This document shows, in pieces, positions 12,052 to 25,859 of a stretch of DNA of 64,000 nt. The DNA is from Hemiscyllium ocellatum. Lineage: Eukaryota. The translations under genes and the position numbers were made by a program. The stretch is from positions 26,968,255 through 27,032,254 of the forward strand of contig NC_083406.1 of NCBI RefSeq assembly GCF_020745735.1, read 5' to 3'. The notes beneath the pieces are model-generated. The model was not told where the DNA came from. It was given only the letters and a program-made list of their open reading frames with translations, and made no database searches. How positions within the stretch are numbered: the stretch's first letter is position 1; the number at the start of each line of letters is the position of its first letter.

Positions 12052-14340
12052 TAGAACATAGAACATAGAACATAGAACATAGAACAATACAGCACAGAAC
12101 AGGCCCTTCAGCCCACGATGTTATGCCGAACATCTATCCTAGATTAAGCACCCATCCATGTACCTATCCAATTGCCGCTTAAAGGTCGCCAATGATTCTG
12201 ACTCTACTACTCCCACGGGCAGTGCATTCCATGCCCCCACCACTCTCTCGGTAAAGAACCCACTCCTGACATCTCCCCTATACCTTCCACCCTTCACCTT
12301 AAATTTATGTCCCCTTGTAACACTGTTGTACCCGGGGAAAAAGTTTCTGACTGTCTACTCTATATATTCCTCTGATCATCTTATAAACCTTTATCAAGTC
12401 ACCCCTCATCCTTCGCCGTTCCAACGAGAAAAGGCCGAGAACTCTCAACCTATCCTCGTACGACCTATTCTCCATTCCAGGCAACATCCTGGTAAATCTT
12501 CTCTGCACCCTCTCCAAAGCTTCCACATCTTTCCTAAAGTGAGGCGACCAGAACTGCACACAATACTCCAAATGTGGCCTAACCAAAGTCCTGTACAACT
12601 GCAACATCACTTCACGACTCTTGAATTCAATCCCTCTGCTAATGAACGCTAATACACCATAGGCCTTCTTACAAGCTCTATCCACCTGACTGGCAACTTT
12701 CAAAGATCTATGTACATAGACCCCAAGATCCCTCTGTTCCTCCACCTGACTAAGAACCCTACCGTTAACCCTGTATTCCGCATTCTTATTTGTTCTTCCA
12801 AAATGGACAACCTCACACTTGGCAGGGTTGAACTCCATCTGCCACTCCTCAGCCCAGCTCTGCATCATATCTAAGTCCCTTTGCAGCCAACAACAGCCCT
12901 CCTCACTGTCCACAACTCCACCAATCTTCGTATCATCTGCAAATTTACTGACCCACCCTTCGACTCCCTCATCCAAGTCATTAATAAAAATTACAAACAG
13001 CAGAGGACCCAGAACTGATCCCTGCTGAACTCCACTTGTAACTGGGCTCCAGGCTGAATATTTACCATCTACCACCACTCTCTGACTTCGACCGGTTAGC
13101 CAGTTTTCTATCCAATTGGCCAAATTTCCCTCTATCCCATCCTCCTGACTTTCCGCATAAGCCTACCATGGGGAACCTTATCAAATGCCTTACTAAAATC
13201 CATGTACACTACATCCACTGCTCTACCCTCATCCACATGCTTGGTCACCTTCTCAAAGAATTCAATAAGACTTGTAAGGCAAGACCTACCCTTCACAAAT
13301 CCGTGCTGGTTGTCCCTAATCAAGCTGTGTCTTTCCAGATACTCATAAATCCTATCCCTCAGTACCCTTTCCATTACTTTGCCTACCACAGAAGTAAGAC
13401 TAACTGGCCTGTAATTCCCGGGGTTATCCCTATTCCCTTTTTTGAACAGGGGCACAACATTCGCTACTCTCCAGTCCCCTGTTACCACCCCCGTTGACAG
13501 TGAAGACGAAAAGATCATTGCCAACGGTACTGCAATTTCCTCTCTTGCTTCCCACATAATCCTAGGATATATCCCGTCAGGCCCGGGGGACTTGTCTATC
13601 CTCAAGTTGTTCAAAATGTCCAACACATTTTACTTCCTAACAAGTATCTCTTCTAGCTTACCAGTCCGTTTCACACTCTCCTCTTCAACAACACGGTCCC
13701 TCTCGTTCGTAAATACTGAAGAAAAGTACTCATTCAAGACCTCTCCTATCTCTTCCGACTCAGTACACAATCTCCCACTACTGTCCTTGATCGGACCTAC
13801 CCTCGTTCTCGTCATTCTCATGTTTCTCACATATGCATAAAATGCCTTGGGGTTATCCTTGATCCTATCCGCCAAGGATTTTTCATGCCCTCTCTTAGCT
13901 CTCCTAATCCCTTTCTTCAGATCCCTTCTGGCTATCCTGTATCCCTCCACTGCTCTGTCTGAACCCTGTTTCCTCAACCTTATGTGAGCCTCCTTCTTCC
14001 TCTTTACTAGACATTCAACCTCCCTCATCAACCAAGGCTCCCTCACACGACCATTTCTTTCCTGCCTGATAGGTACATACATATTAAGGGCACGTCATAT
14101 CTGTTCCTTGAAAAAGTTGCACATTTCCACCACATCTTTCCCTGACAGCCTATGCTCCCAACTTATGCTCCTCAAATCCTGTCTTACAGCATCGTAATTT
14201 CCCTTCCCCCAATTGTAAAATCTACCCTGTTGTGCACACCTATCTCTCTCCATAACCAAGGTGAAAGTCACAGAATTGTGGTCACCATCACCAAAATGTT
14301 CACCCACTAACAAGCCCATCACTTGTCCCGGTTCATTACT
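12052..14340 (-). mobile_element. Young 5'-truncated CR1/HER1-type LINE (ORF2 pseudogene: end of endonuclease/linker plus RT)
   Basis: ORF pieces 14095-14349, 13630-14082, 13132-13626 and 12305-13123 contain KSPGPDGI, NYRPVSLTS, QHGF, DFSKAFDKV, GVQQGSVLGP and FADD. Few stops or frameshifts. 3' tail (TATGTTC)n at 12052-12085. Confidence 0.95.
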
Positions 14341-14419
14341 TTTGACCACTTATGAAGAATCTGGAAGACCCATCCAGAAATGGAGAGCCCGATTGGCAAA
14401 AAACAGTGGAACAACAATA

Positions 14420-15170
14420 AGACCATAAGAAATAGGATCAAGATCAAATAGATCTTGATCTGAATAGGATCAAGTGTCTTTCAAATGCTTGTGCCCTTCT
14501 GCCACTCAATAGGATCAATCCAACATTTCTCATGTCCAGTTTCCTGCATTTTCCCTGTAATCCTTGATTCCCTGGCTTATCAAGAATCTGTCTATCTCAG
14601 CCTTAAATATGAATAAGGACTCTGCCCCACAGCTCTACTCAGGAGTACCGAAGAGTCACAACCCTGCCACAGAGGCAATGTTTCCTTAGCTCAGACTTTT
14701 GAAGCCCACCTTTATTCCAGGACTATGCCCTCTGGTCATAGACTCCCCCATGAGGGAAACATTGTCTTGACATTTACCTGGCCAAGCTCCTTAAGAATCC
14801 TAGAAGTTTCAATAAGATCACCTCTCATTCTTCTAAATTCCAAAACTCCAAACCTGTTTAACCTTTGATCATAAAGACAATTCTCCATCATTGTTATGAA
14901 TCTTCTCTGAACTGTCTCCAATGAAATGATAACTTTCCTTAAATAAAAGGATCAAAACTGCTCACAGTACTCCAGACATGGTCTCACCAACAGCTTGTAT
15001 AGTTGCAGTTGGTCTTCCCCACTATTTTATTCCAAACCCCATGAAGTAAGGGCCAACATTCCATTAGTCTTCCTGATTACCTACTACACCCTTGTGCTGG
15101 TATCCTTTGTTTCGTACACAAGTACCCTCAAATCTCGTTATGTTGCAACTTTTGATAGTTGTTTTTGTCT
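14420..15170 (-). mobile_element. Older CR1 LINE 3' fragment
   Basis: ORF 14736-14921 reads ETVQRRF...EFRRMRGDLIET, the CR1 ORF2 C-terminal motif. Confidence 0.8.
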
Positions 15171-15294
15171 ATTCTTTTTCTCGAGTTGTGACATATCATC
15201 AGGGCCAGATCTGATCCTTGCAGGTTCCATTAAAAGGCCAGTAACTTGAAACATTAACTCTGCTCCTCCCTCCACAGATGCTATATGACCTATA

Positions 15295-15611
15295 CAATCC
15301 CTACAGTATAGAAAGAGGCTGGGCCAACCCTTCAAAGAGCATTCCAACCCAGAGCCAGCTCCCCCACTCCTAAATCTTGCATTTACCTTGGTTAACCTAC
15401 CTAGCATGTACAGCCCTGGACACGAGAGGGTAATTTCCCATAGCCAATCCAACTAACCTGCAAATCTTGGTACTGTGGGATGAAACCAAAGCACTTGGTG
15501 GAAACCCATGCAGACTCGGGGAGAATGTGCAGACTCCACACAGTCACCCAAGGCCGGAATCAAACCTGGGCCCCTGTGAGGCAGCAGTGCTAACCACTGA
15601 GGCACCGTGCC
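15295..15611 (-). mobile_element. V-SINE (HE1-type), nested in a PLE pLTR fragment (15225-15670)
   Basis: V-domain and tRNA head on the minus strand; the flanks continue the CCACAGATGCT...TTTTCAGCATTTTCT PLE pLTR consensus. Confidence 0.8.
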
Positions 15612-16355
15612 ATCCTGTGGAATATTTTCAGCATTTTCTATTTTTATTTAAGGTTTTCAGTATCTGTTGTACTCTGCTTCTGCACATTTCAGTCAGTAAC
15701 CTGATTGGGAAGAAGTAATCGATTCCCTACCAGACACAGTTGGCAGGATCGAGCTTTGGGAATTAAAGGAGAAGTAAATATTGTACCTCCCAGGTCTAAG
15801 AGGTATGAGTGGATCCATATCCTCTGCCTACTCTCTATATTCCCAGTTGAAAAACCCTAGAAGGGGCAAGAGAGAGGGCCAACCAAGTGCAGCACATACC
15901 TGACGCTCATGGACAGGCAAAACTTACATTCATTTCTGTCATTTTTGAATTGGAAGGTGGGAATAATTGACAGAGCCATTATAAATAAGGCCCAGGAGAT
16001 AATATACCCTCAAACTTAATTTGTCCATTAATTATTAGCATTTCCAAAACTTCAGCATGTGATGTCACTGTTAAGGCCAGCATTTATTGTCCATCAATAA
16101 TTCCCTTCAAACATGGTGGTGATCAACCTTGTGAACTGTGATAATCCATGTGGTGCAGTTAAACATACAATACAGATAGGAAATGTCTTCTAAGATTTCG
16201 ATCCAACAACTGTACAAGGTGCCATCTCTGTGCTGAAGTAGTGGACAGAGTGAATGTTAGTACATACTAACTACACTTGAAAAGTTCCTCACAGGCTGTA
16301 AAGTGCTTTGAGATTTTGTGACGAGTACTTGGCAAACACAAACCTTTGTTTTCAC

Positions 16356-16451
16356 GGTTAATAATCACACAACACCAGGTTATTGTCCAACAGGTTTATT
16401 TGGAAGCAATAGCTCTCGCAGTGTCACTCCTTCATCAGGTGTATGTGGGCA
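16356..16451 (-). mobile_element. 96-bp PLE-derived mini-insertion with a hammerhead-like core
   Basis: Reverse complement CTGATGA-AGGAGTGACACTGC-GAGA-GCTA...AAACCTGTTGGAC; perfect 12-bp TSD CTTTGTTTTCAC at 16344-16355 and 16452-16463. Confidence 0.75.
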
Positions 16452-17475
16452 CTTTGTTTTCACAGTACTGATAATCTAGAGATCACTGTAAGAAGTTGGT
16501 TAAAAAGACAGAATTGGCCCCATTAGTCCACCCTGCAAAAGCCTCCTAATATAATTTCCCTGTCTCAAAGTGGCAATATCATGATTGTATTTAAAATCTA
16601 CCCACTACAGATTCATTTAAAATGAAAAGGTGAGCAAGGACACCACCCTTGAGGTAGCAGTCTTTATAGATGGGGCTAAGACTGCTGAAGAAAATGGAAA
16701 AACATCTTCGAGGCCCTGGAACTTTCAGCAATAGTTCAAGTTGCCAACCTTGCAGGATTGCCCTGGAATCATCAGGAATTGACAGTGACTCTCCAGCACA
16801 CTGCTGAACACAACACTGGAGAAAAATCAAAAATTGTTCTTGTCACGCTTCTCATTTTGTTTAAACTTTTTACTTAGAATAGAAATTCTGGAGATGGAGA
16901 GAAAAGAAAAGGCTGACTGACTGACAATCAAGCGTCATCTGATCAGTTATTGAAGGGCTGTTGCTTTTCAATTAGCTGTGGGAAGGTTAGGTAATGTGAG
17001 GATGGGTATAGTGAGTGGGGATCTGGGGTGGGCCAGTTGGAGGCAGGAGGTGAGGTGAGTAAACCTCCAAGGATATATATAACTAGACGTATCCTGTATC
17101 CATCTGTAAAGGAAGTCAGTCTGCTGCCCAAAACAGGCAGGAAACAGTGGCAGCAACAGTCAGGGTCACAGTGCCAGAACTGAATGCACATGCTTCATTT
17201 GATACCCAAAGGGGGCTTGGCAATTTGAGTCAGGGGAAAGGCCAAGGGAAACAAATTAAACTCTTCACGTTTTAGTGTAAAGTATTTCCTTGCTGAAATT
17301 ATTCTTGCCACTTTATTCTCGGCAGGGTAGTGTCTCAAAATGGCAACAATATAAACAATTTGGACAATTTCTGAACTTGCCCATTTTGGAGAAGGTGAAT
17401 TGATTTTGTGATGGGGTCCCCTCAAATAAATGGTGATACATGTATTACAGGAGGTGACCGAACATTTCTTAAGTA

Positions 17476-17550
17476 GTTGAGAGTGTGCTGTTGGAAAAGC
17501 ACAGCAGATGAGGCACGAAAATCGACATTTCAGGCTGCAGCCCTTCATCT
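17476..17550 (-). mobile_element. ~75-bp PLE pLTR fragment with a truncated hammerhead core
   Basis: Reverse complement GATGA-AGGGCTGCAGCCT-GAAATGTCGATT; flanked by TTAAGTA on both sides. Confidence 0.6.
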
Positions 17551-20299
17551 TTAAGTACATGGAACTACCAGCTGAAAGTGAGGGCTGTCTGGTCGTAATC
17601 CCCGTGTATATTCATCATTTGGCCTTGGTTTCAGTGAATTTATTTTCCAGTATCTGACTTAACAGCTAAAACTCTTTTGTTCGGAATTAAAGGACTCAGG
17701 GAGGGTTTGCTTTCCCAAATTATCTTTTTTTTAGCAAGTCTTGGGGGCAAAATCCATTTAGAAATTCATCTTCATGGATGATGAGGAAAATATTGGGTTA
17801 AAGTTTGTACATGCCCCTTCTTAGAATGGCTATGAGCCTAAAACATCCTCATGAATTCCGACCTATGCTAATTATTTATTAGCATAAATGTTAATGACTG
17901 CCCTTATGTTCCTGATGATTAAATCAGCCTCATCTCCCAGTTGGTTTCTCACAATGTAAACTCAAGGCTAAATTTCCCAAATATCATTCCTGATAGTTCT
18001 CAAATTTCCTGGACAGTTGATGAATAAGTTTTGTGAAATGGAGGAAAATGTCCCTGCTCCAGCAAAATAAATCTGTAATGCAGTTGTACAGATGATCAGA
18101 GGAGGATACAAACTTTGCAAATAAATAGCTTACTTAGTTGAGGATTTGAATTTTCAAGGTCGAGGAAAAAGCCTGACACGATGCTCATCATTCACCTGCT
18201 CAGGTGGGTGAGTTGTCATTTCTCAAACAGACCAGCAGATGGAGTGTCATGAGGAAGTAAGCTAAGTGCAGTTGGCAAAATGGTGAAAGCAACTTGACCT
18301 GACTCCCAACACACAGTGCAGCTGGAGAAAGCTGTATAACCAAAGCAGCATTAATGTCATTTATAAGAAGCACTGCCTAGACAGCTGACACTTACAGATG
18401 CAGTATACAGAAGAAGACTGCATAGGAACATGTGATAGAGAAGGACAGCTGAGCACTCTTTAAAAAATACAAGTCAATCTAAGTACAGCATTCAGAATAT
18501 TGGCTCAAGCAGTAATATTGAGTTGTACCAATAAAAAAAATGAAGTTGCATTTTGTCTATCAATCCTATCACCCGCTTGAAAATCAGTTGACAGAAACTG
18601 TGAGCTGAACCGAAAAAGGCGAAAGGATTAACTCTTAGATCCATCTGCGAACACCGATAATTCCCAGTAATTGGTAAAAAATGAAGATGAATGGGACTGA
18701 GAGATAAGGAGCAATTAGCTCATCAGCAGTTACAGCTGTGCACTCAATCCAGATCCTTCTCTGGAGCCCTGGCCTTCTCAGACAACAGGGCAGGCAGAAC
18801 GAACACATCAACCACCTCCCCCCACCCAACATTTCCCAGCATCCTCCGTGGCTGCCATTTGTTTCCCAGTTAATTCTGGACTCCAGTGTGCCATGACAGG
18901 TCCTACTTATTCGTTCACTGCCCCCTCTTGCAGAAATTAACCAAATTCCTTTCACTGAATGTCCCAAATCGGTTTTATATTTACAACTTCTTTTCCAGTA
19001 TTTTTTGTCTGGAATAAAGTGAGTACTGTGGACGAACTTAAATTCCCTGTCACTCACTTTATTATAACAGCATCATCTGCTTGAAAGTGTAAGCAATTCC
19101 CACATCTAATTACGGTGAGGATTTCAGGTTCATTAACATCGGCAAGGCAGGGAATTATGTGTGAAAGTGCCAACTCCCGTTCTATGGCCTGAAATTTGGA
19201 TTCCTTCTTTGCCTCCCTTCCTCTTGAATGGCCATTTTTCCCTTTGTAAAATTATTTCAATTTTCTTTAATCAGTATCCAGGTGCCATACTTTTGATAAC
19301 AGCGCACTTTTGATAACAGGTGGAAATGGAATAAGATGCACCTTGTATAATGCGCTGGTTTGCTTAAAGTAGTTTCAGTCTGATTTCCTACATTACAACA
19401 ATTCAAGAATTGAATGTAAGCCACACTGGGAAGACTGAAGTTGTGGAAAACACTATAATGACCAGAAGTTTATTTCAATTAAGAACAGTGAAAAAAAACG
19501 AACCTTCATCAAAATTCACTTGTAACTCTCTCCCACTAATTTAACTTTTTGTCAGTAAATTAGGCAATAATATGCAAAATCGACATATAAACATATGTTC
19601 TGAGAAGTTCTTCTGAAGAATAATGTGTTGTAATGTGAATTGTGCAGACACTGCATTTTGTGCCATGAGTCAAAATAAAGTTTTATGCTAATTTCTTTAC
19701 AATTTTCTATTGCATGTTTTCCCACTCAGCTCAACACCTGTAAATAATACTCTTTTGTTCCACGTTTATACCCATACCTAAGAGTTTGGAATCAAGACAG
19801 ACTGGTTGAGGAGAAGGCAAGGTCAAGAATTGTCATTCGGCTTAGCTTTTTTAGAACTCTGTTTATTGCACGTTAATACTAATTACTACCATACATGGTA
19901 ATCTAAAATATAGCAGGCTCTAATCATACTGTTACATTATTTTCTTTACGTGCTTTTCTCTTATAATCTAATTATTGCTGCCCATGCTGTGCTATTTGCA
20001 CCCAGTGGGAAGCATCTCCATGCCATCATTGCAAATTTACTCCAGGGTCCTAAAGCCCTTACACAACAAATATCTTGCCCTGAATACTACTAAATGTGTA
20101 GAAATGCAAAATATGTCAGCAAGTTCAAAGTAGCCAATCGAACATAGGTTATCAATCTTACCCATTCACTACCATTAGCAAAATTTAAGCTAAGCTTGTC
20201 AGTTATCGCTGTCATCATTCAACTGGTGCATTTTTCACTGGCAAAGACTTTAACCATTCAGAGTACACTTGCTGACCAAACAGCATTCTCTTCTCATTG

Positions 20300-20500
20300 G
20301 GGTCAGTTAGCTGGATTGCAATGCAATGAAGCCAACAGTGTGGTTCATTTCTGCACTGCCTGAGGTTATCATGAAGAGTTTCGCCTTCTGAACCTCACCC
20401 CTTGTTTGAGCTGTGATAACTTTCAGATTAAACTCAATGTCAGTCATCGCTCTCTCATAAGAGAGTAACCCTGTGGTCCTCTATAACTATGGTGACTTAC
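20300..20500 (+). mobile_element. Degenerate tRNA-derived SINE-like repeat
   Basis: A-box/B-box-like TCAGTTAGCTGG...GTGGTTCATTTC; resembles an elasmobranch short interspersed repeat from memory only. Confidence 0.35.
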
Positions 20501-21012
20501 TCACATCTCGCACAGTACAAAATGTTGTTCCTTTTAACAATGGTATTTCTTCCATATTATTCTGTTGAGGGCAAGACAAACAGCTTTTATAACATATGTG
20601 TTTTTCCAGAATACTTGAGTTCTGTACTCCAATAGGAAAATCGTGTAGAATGTATGCACTTGAATAAGAAAAAAAAATTCTACAAAGTATCCCTTGAATA
20701 ACTTAATTAAAACTTCTTTGCTTAAGTTTTATGGGATTTTTATGGCGTCAGGTATAGTAAAAACTGCTTTACTCAGAGCTTCACTCAATTGGAGTGATTT
20801 GAGTACCAAAATGGCTGATTAAATAGCCATGGTGCATGGGCAGAAGGTGACATCAGCTAGCTATGGCAGGCTTCAAGACTCATCTCCACATACGCTGTTG
20901 ACATCGCCATACCCTATCCACAGTGATGTCAACACACAAACTGACTCCCAGAACTTTGTTCCATGGTAATTAATTTTTGAAACAACAACAAAAAGTAGAG
21001 TCAGTACATTAC

Positions 21013-21150
21013 AGAATTCTGGAGAAGGATCACCGGAACCGAAATGCTGACTGTGCTTTCTCTCCACAGATGCTGTCTGATCCATTGAGTTTCTCCAGCT
21101 GTTTCTATTTTTGTTTCATATTTCCAGCATCAGCAGCTCTTTGATTTAAT
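21013..21150 (+). mobile_element. PLE pLTR fragment (third family) with decayed hammerhead core
   Basis: CTGGAGA-AGGATCACCGGAACC-GAAATGCT followed by CTCTCCACAGATGCTG...GAGTTTCTCCAGC; related fragments at ~46820-46960, 59810-59970 (minus) and 61200-61292. Confidence 0.6.
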
Positions 21151-21480
21151 TATTAAATAAAAAAAACAATGTGGTTATTACTACTCTAACGGTACAAAAA
21201 ATAGGGCTCATAGAGGTTGTAGTAAAAAATGTACATTCCTACTGACAGGCGAACACCAAACATATCAGCAGAGTGCTACTCTGTCACTGTGTAGCTTGGT
21301 CTCACTGTATACTGTTACTCTGCCCATGCATCCTGAGAGGTATTCACAATAAATGAATTCCTTAGCATAATAGCAGCTGCTGTTAGACTGCTATCCATTA
21401 ACATTAGAGGAGGAAAGTAATGATCTGCCTCTCACCTCCATTGTTTGAATTCCCAATATATTTTCCTATAACAAAACAAG

Positions 21481-21815
21481 GGCAGCACAGTTGCTCAAGG
21501 GCTGGCATGGTGGCTGAGTGGCTAGCACTGCTGCCTCACAGCACCAGGGATTCCCACTTCGAGTGACTATCTGTGTGGAGTTTGCACATTCTCCCCATGT
21601 CTCCATGGGTTACCTTCGGGTGCTCTGGTTTCCTCCCACAGTCCAAAGATGTGCGTGTCAGGTGAATTGGCCTTACTAAAGTGCCCATAGTGTCAAGAAC
21701 ATTAGTCAGGGGTAAACATAGAGTAGGGTACATCTGGGTGGATGACTCTTCAGAGGGTTGATGTGGACTTGTTGGGCTGATTGGCCTGTTTCCCATACTG
21801 TAGGGAATCTCATCT
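21481..21815 (+). mobile_element. V-SINE (HE1-type) with a partly duplicated 5' head
   Basis: GGCAGCACAGTTGCTCA followed by a second GGCATGGTGGCTGAGTGG head; V-domain and CR1-like tail present. Confidence 0.87.
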
Positions 21816-21862
21816 AAAAAAAAATGCTATGTGAATATTAATTCATAAATAGTGAAAGTATA

Positions 21863-22330
21863 CAGACAGTCCCTGAATTGCAAGTGGGTTCTGTTCTTGA
21901 GTCAAATTTGCAAGTCAATTTGTACACAAGTCAGAACCCAATGCAGGATAATTTAAAATAGCTGTTCATAAGTACAGAAAACATTCACACGTTGGACCTG
22001 ACTCCTCTCTGGGATTGATTAGATTACTTACAGTGTGGAAATAGGCCCTTCAGCCCAAACCAACCCTCCAAAGAGCAACCCACCCAGACCCATTTCCCTA
22101 ACACTACTAGCAATTTAGCATGGCCAATTCACCTAACATCTTTGAACTGTTGGAGGAAATCCACACAGACACAGGGAGAATGTGTAAACTCCACACAGAC
22201 AGTTGCCCAAGGCGGGAATTGAACGTAGGTACTCTGGCACTGTGAGGCAGCAATGCTAACCACTGTGCCACCATGCTGCCCAAATATGAGTGTTTGTATG
22301 TTGGACATTTGGTAATTTGGGGACCCACTG
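21863..22330. mobile_element. Tigger/pogo-like MITE with a nested V-SINE
   Basis: TA|CAGACAGTCCCTGAATTGC ... GTAATTTGGGGACCCACTG|TA: imperfect TIRs with TA target duplication. Confidence 0.6.
22014..22281 (-). mobile_element. V-SINE (HE1-type)
   Basis: tRNA head, V-domain and tail on the minus strand. Confidence 0.87.
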
Positions 22331-25300
22331 TACCTTGATATAATGGCGTAGAATATAACAAATCTTGGAATTCCTATTGACTTGTTTTGTTTCAAATCTT
22401 AGGTCCACTTTTAAAAGGTAGGTGCAAAATTGTACTTGTAATTATGCCCTCCTGCCAAGGGTGGTGCTATATCTCCTTAGTTTTCCTTTGCAAGCAATTT
22501 AAACCTGGATTTGTGTCTGCTGTTTAGGTGTACGCTGTTGGGAGAATTTTAAAAATGATTGACAATGGTCATGGAGGTGTGGGTGTGAGAGTTGAGTTGG
22601 AAGTCAGTTGCAGGGGGAATCCCCAAATAATTGGACAGAATGTCAGATACAGAGGCAGTGACTGGACTGAAATGCTCTGACATTCATGAATTCTATAAAT
22701 GAATAAAGCATGTTGGATTCCTGCAGGCCTCAGTCCGACACACTCCGTATGCCCCAACCATTCCAGTCCATGTTGTCTTATGCATTGTACCCACTCCCAT
22801 AATCATTATGTCAAGCTGCACAGCTGTACTAATTCTCAGAACCGCTCATAATCCACACCAACCTACGTACCTGCATCCAACATCCCACCCGTAGCCATTT
22901 CCAAGCCCCTAACAAGCTGAATCTCAACTCAAGACAACCCATGCCTCCAACAAGTAACCCTTTGCACTTTTGTTGACCATGCCAACCCACCTAGTATCCA
23001 GTATAGGCAAGCTTCAGGACCCATATAGAAATAAGATAACATTAATTTCTACAAAGTAATGTTCTAAATGTTTATTGCAGACTTCATTATATTGAAAAAA
23101 TGTGAACTCATAAATATCAATTCACTATGTTTACTTTGCTTCAATTACATAATGTAAAGCTTAAAAAAAAACAAGTATTTGATTCAAGGGCACAACAGCT
23201 TATAAAAAAAAGCATTGAAATTGCTATTCCCATGTCAGTGAGTCTATAATTATTTGTAGCTGTCAATCAAGCTGTGAAATGGCAAGTAGCCTATTTCAGT
23301 ATTAGACAGTGGTAAAGTTAACCATGCAATATTAATCTAGAAATAGAAATCCTCAGGACTATGACAAAAGCCAGAGTGAAATCATGAGCAATTATTTATT
23401 TTCACAATTCAGATACCTTTCCCCCAAGATCTAAAGGCCAGGTCTTTTAAACACTTTGACAATTTGATATTTCTTTTGATAACTCTTCTTCACACTTTGA
23501 ATGAGTCTCTTTGATAGTTGCTACTGACTGTTTTGACAGCTGATTTTGATAGTTCTTTGACAGTTCCAATGAGCTTAGCAGTTAATGAGTTTATGCTGGT
23601 TTTATTACATTTAGGTGTATCATTAACAATTCCAAATGACACTTGATTTCTGCCAGATAGCACCTCAGCTTCCTCAAGGGTGTCCTGGAAGTACACCCGA
23701 AGAAATACTTTATGCCTCCAGAGATATAGCTGAGCTATCAAGAGAAATGCAGACCTACCTTCACGAGGTCGACTCTGCACACTGCTAGGTTCACATTCAT
23801 GGAGACAATTTTCATGTATTTAAATTTTAATTTAAATGGCTTACTGTCTCAATGAACCGCACACATGAAAATCTCAGCTGAGCTCCATTCCTATTCCTGT
23901 AAGAATGTAGAGTGCTGTGAGGTAACTATCCAATTTCTGGGTTTATTCTCTATTTTGATCATGAAATTGTGCTGGAAATCCATAGCTACATCAGCAATAT
24001 TTCAATGTTGCTTGCAATGCTACTGTGAAATTGGTAAACATTCTGTTCTTAAATTGCAAGTAAAATCTCAAGGCATCACAAGAAAGCGTGACTTAAAAAT
24101 ACAGGTCGTATCATACCTGTACCTTCTGGCACCCTGTTTTTCTCACCTTGCATTATGTAAAAGCTTTTCTTGAATACACAGGTGGGTAGTGAGAGTTAGG
24201 AAAATTCCTAGCTCTATGTGTTCAACTCATTATTCAGACTTGGCTGAGATCCAGACATCCAGTAGCCTGTTGAAACACCTCAGCCCCAGTGAAACATTGC
24301 TGTATTGACAGCACTGCCTATTTGATATTTGCTGGCAATTGAACAGTGTAACAGACTCTGCTATTTATACTTTAAAGGGTCTAGATAATGAAAATGTTAT
24401 TGCCCTGTAAGAAAGGATTTATTTGTTTGAAACAGAGTGGAAAGTTATGAATGACTTATTTCTTTGGAACTTGTTTTAAGCATTCCATTGTACTATAGGG
24501 CTCATTGTTTTTCTGTAGTTTGTCATATGTCAATGGGAATGGAAGTACTATAAACTGAAATGGAAGGCATGAGAGTAAATGGGAATGGTTCAAGGCCCAC
24601 ATCTTAGAAAAAGGGGGCATGAGGAGCCATGGTGATTAGTGAGGACCATAGCCTGGCAAGGCAGGTTAGCTGGGTGAGGAGCATGAAGAGGAATTTTTGA
24701 ACTTAGCTTTCAAAGGTTTCCCTCATGCAGACTATGGTTCATAACACCATTGAGGTACCATGAACCACAAATCATTAAAAACCTGCTTTGACTCCATTAA
24801 AACTACAGAAGAGTGAAATTTGCCAATCCCGCAATGGAGCTGACCACATCAGGAGTTCAAGGAGTACGATGGCAGCTTAATGCAAACAGTAGCCTTAAAA
24901 GTCACTCCTGAAAATGGAAAAGTCCAGGAATGCAGTTGGAAATCCTGGAAATGGGATTCGATTGCCATTTTTAAAGAGCTCACAAGTTATTCCAACTCAC
25001 TGAAAATCGAGACCATAAACCTTTTCCAAATAATTTAAGTTCTCTCCCTGTGAACTCTCACGTAAACTGGAAACCAACAAAAATGTTGGGTGGACTTTTC
25101 CCTCTCTGAACAGAATTGGTGAGAAGATAACATCATTGGTTAAGTTGTCCCTGGAGTGACACTTACCCACTTCTTGCCTTCTCAGTAGTTAGTTTCTGGG
25201 TCAGAAGGTCCATTGAGGACTTTCTCAACCAACAAGCAATTAAGACCAGTTAGTGGTCAATTCATATCCAAGTAAAGACTTCATTCTGCCACCTCCTAAA

Positions 25301-25859
25301 TGACATACCTTCTGAACAGATGAGAAATGTAGCTGGTTTCCAATCTAGGGAATTGACCTGAGGGAACCTTTTAAAAGGTAAGTTCAAATGTCCTTCCTAT
25401 GTCCATTGCCCCCCATCCCACCCCCATACCGGACTACATTCCCCAATGGCTCCTCATGACCCCACTTTTTTGGGGGGGGAGGATTTTCCAATTAACTAAG
25501 CCAGGAGCAATTGAAGGCACAGAAGGGGCAAAGAGGATGCCTCTGAAAACCACTTCCCTGCCTTTGCTTCTGACAGCCCCTGCCACAACTTGTTTTTACA
25601 TGTGCACTGATAACACACAGCTCCACCACCTTTCTCAAACTCCATCTCTAAATTGCTATATTTTGTTAACAAATTTTGTCCATCTAAATATGAAGAAAGT
25701 CAAACCCTTTGTCATCAGTCTCTATCAAAAACAATGTTTCCTTGCCATTGATTTGAAAATTCGGGGCCTCTACCTGGCAACAATTTCAGGCATGTGTACC
25801 CACCACCGCCAACACCACCTATTTTTACCTCTAAGACGTTATTCATCTTTTATCTTATT

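Noticed and set aside
16740-18030. Possible decayed TIR pair (GTTGCCAAC...ATCAGGAAT and an inverted look-alike near 17985-18030)
   Set aside because: Similarity too weak by eye and no TSD found.
18635-19057. 140-aa minus-strand ORF
   Set aside because: Non-ATG start, Trp/Cys-rich random composition, no domain or DACH similarity.
19289-19319. 14-bp tandem duplication ACTTTTGATAACAG
   Set aside because: Ordinary slippage duplication with no further structure.
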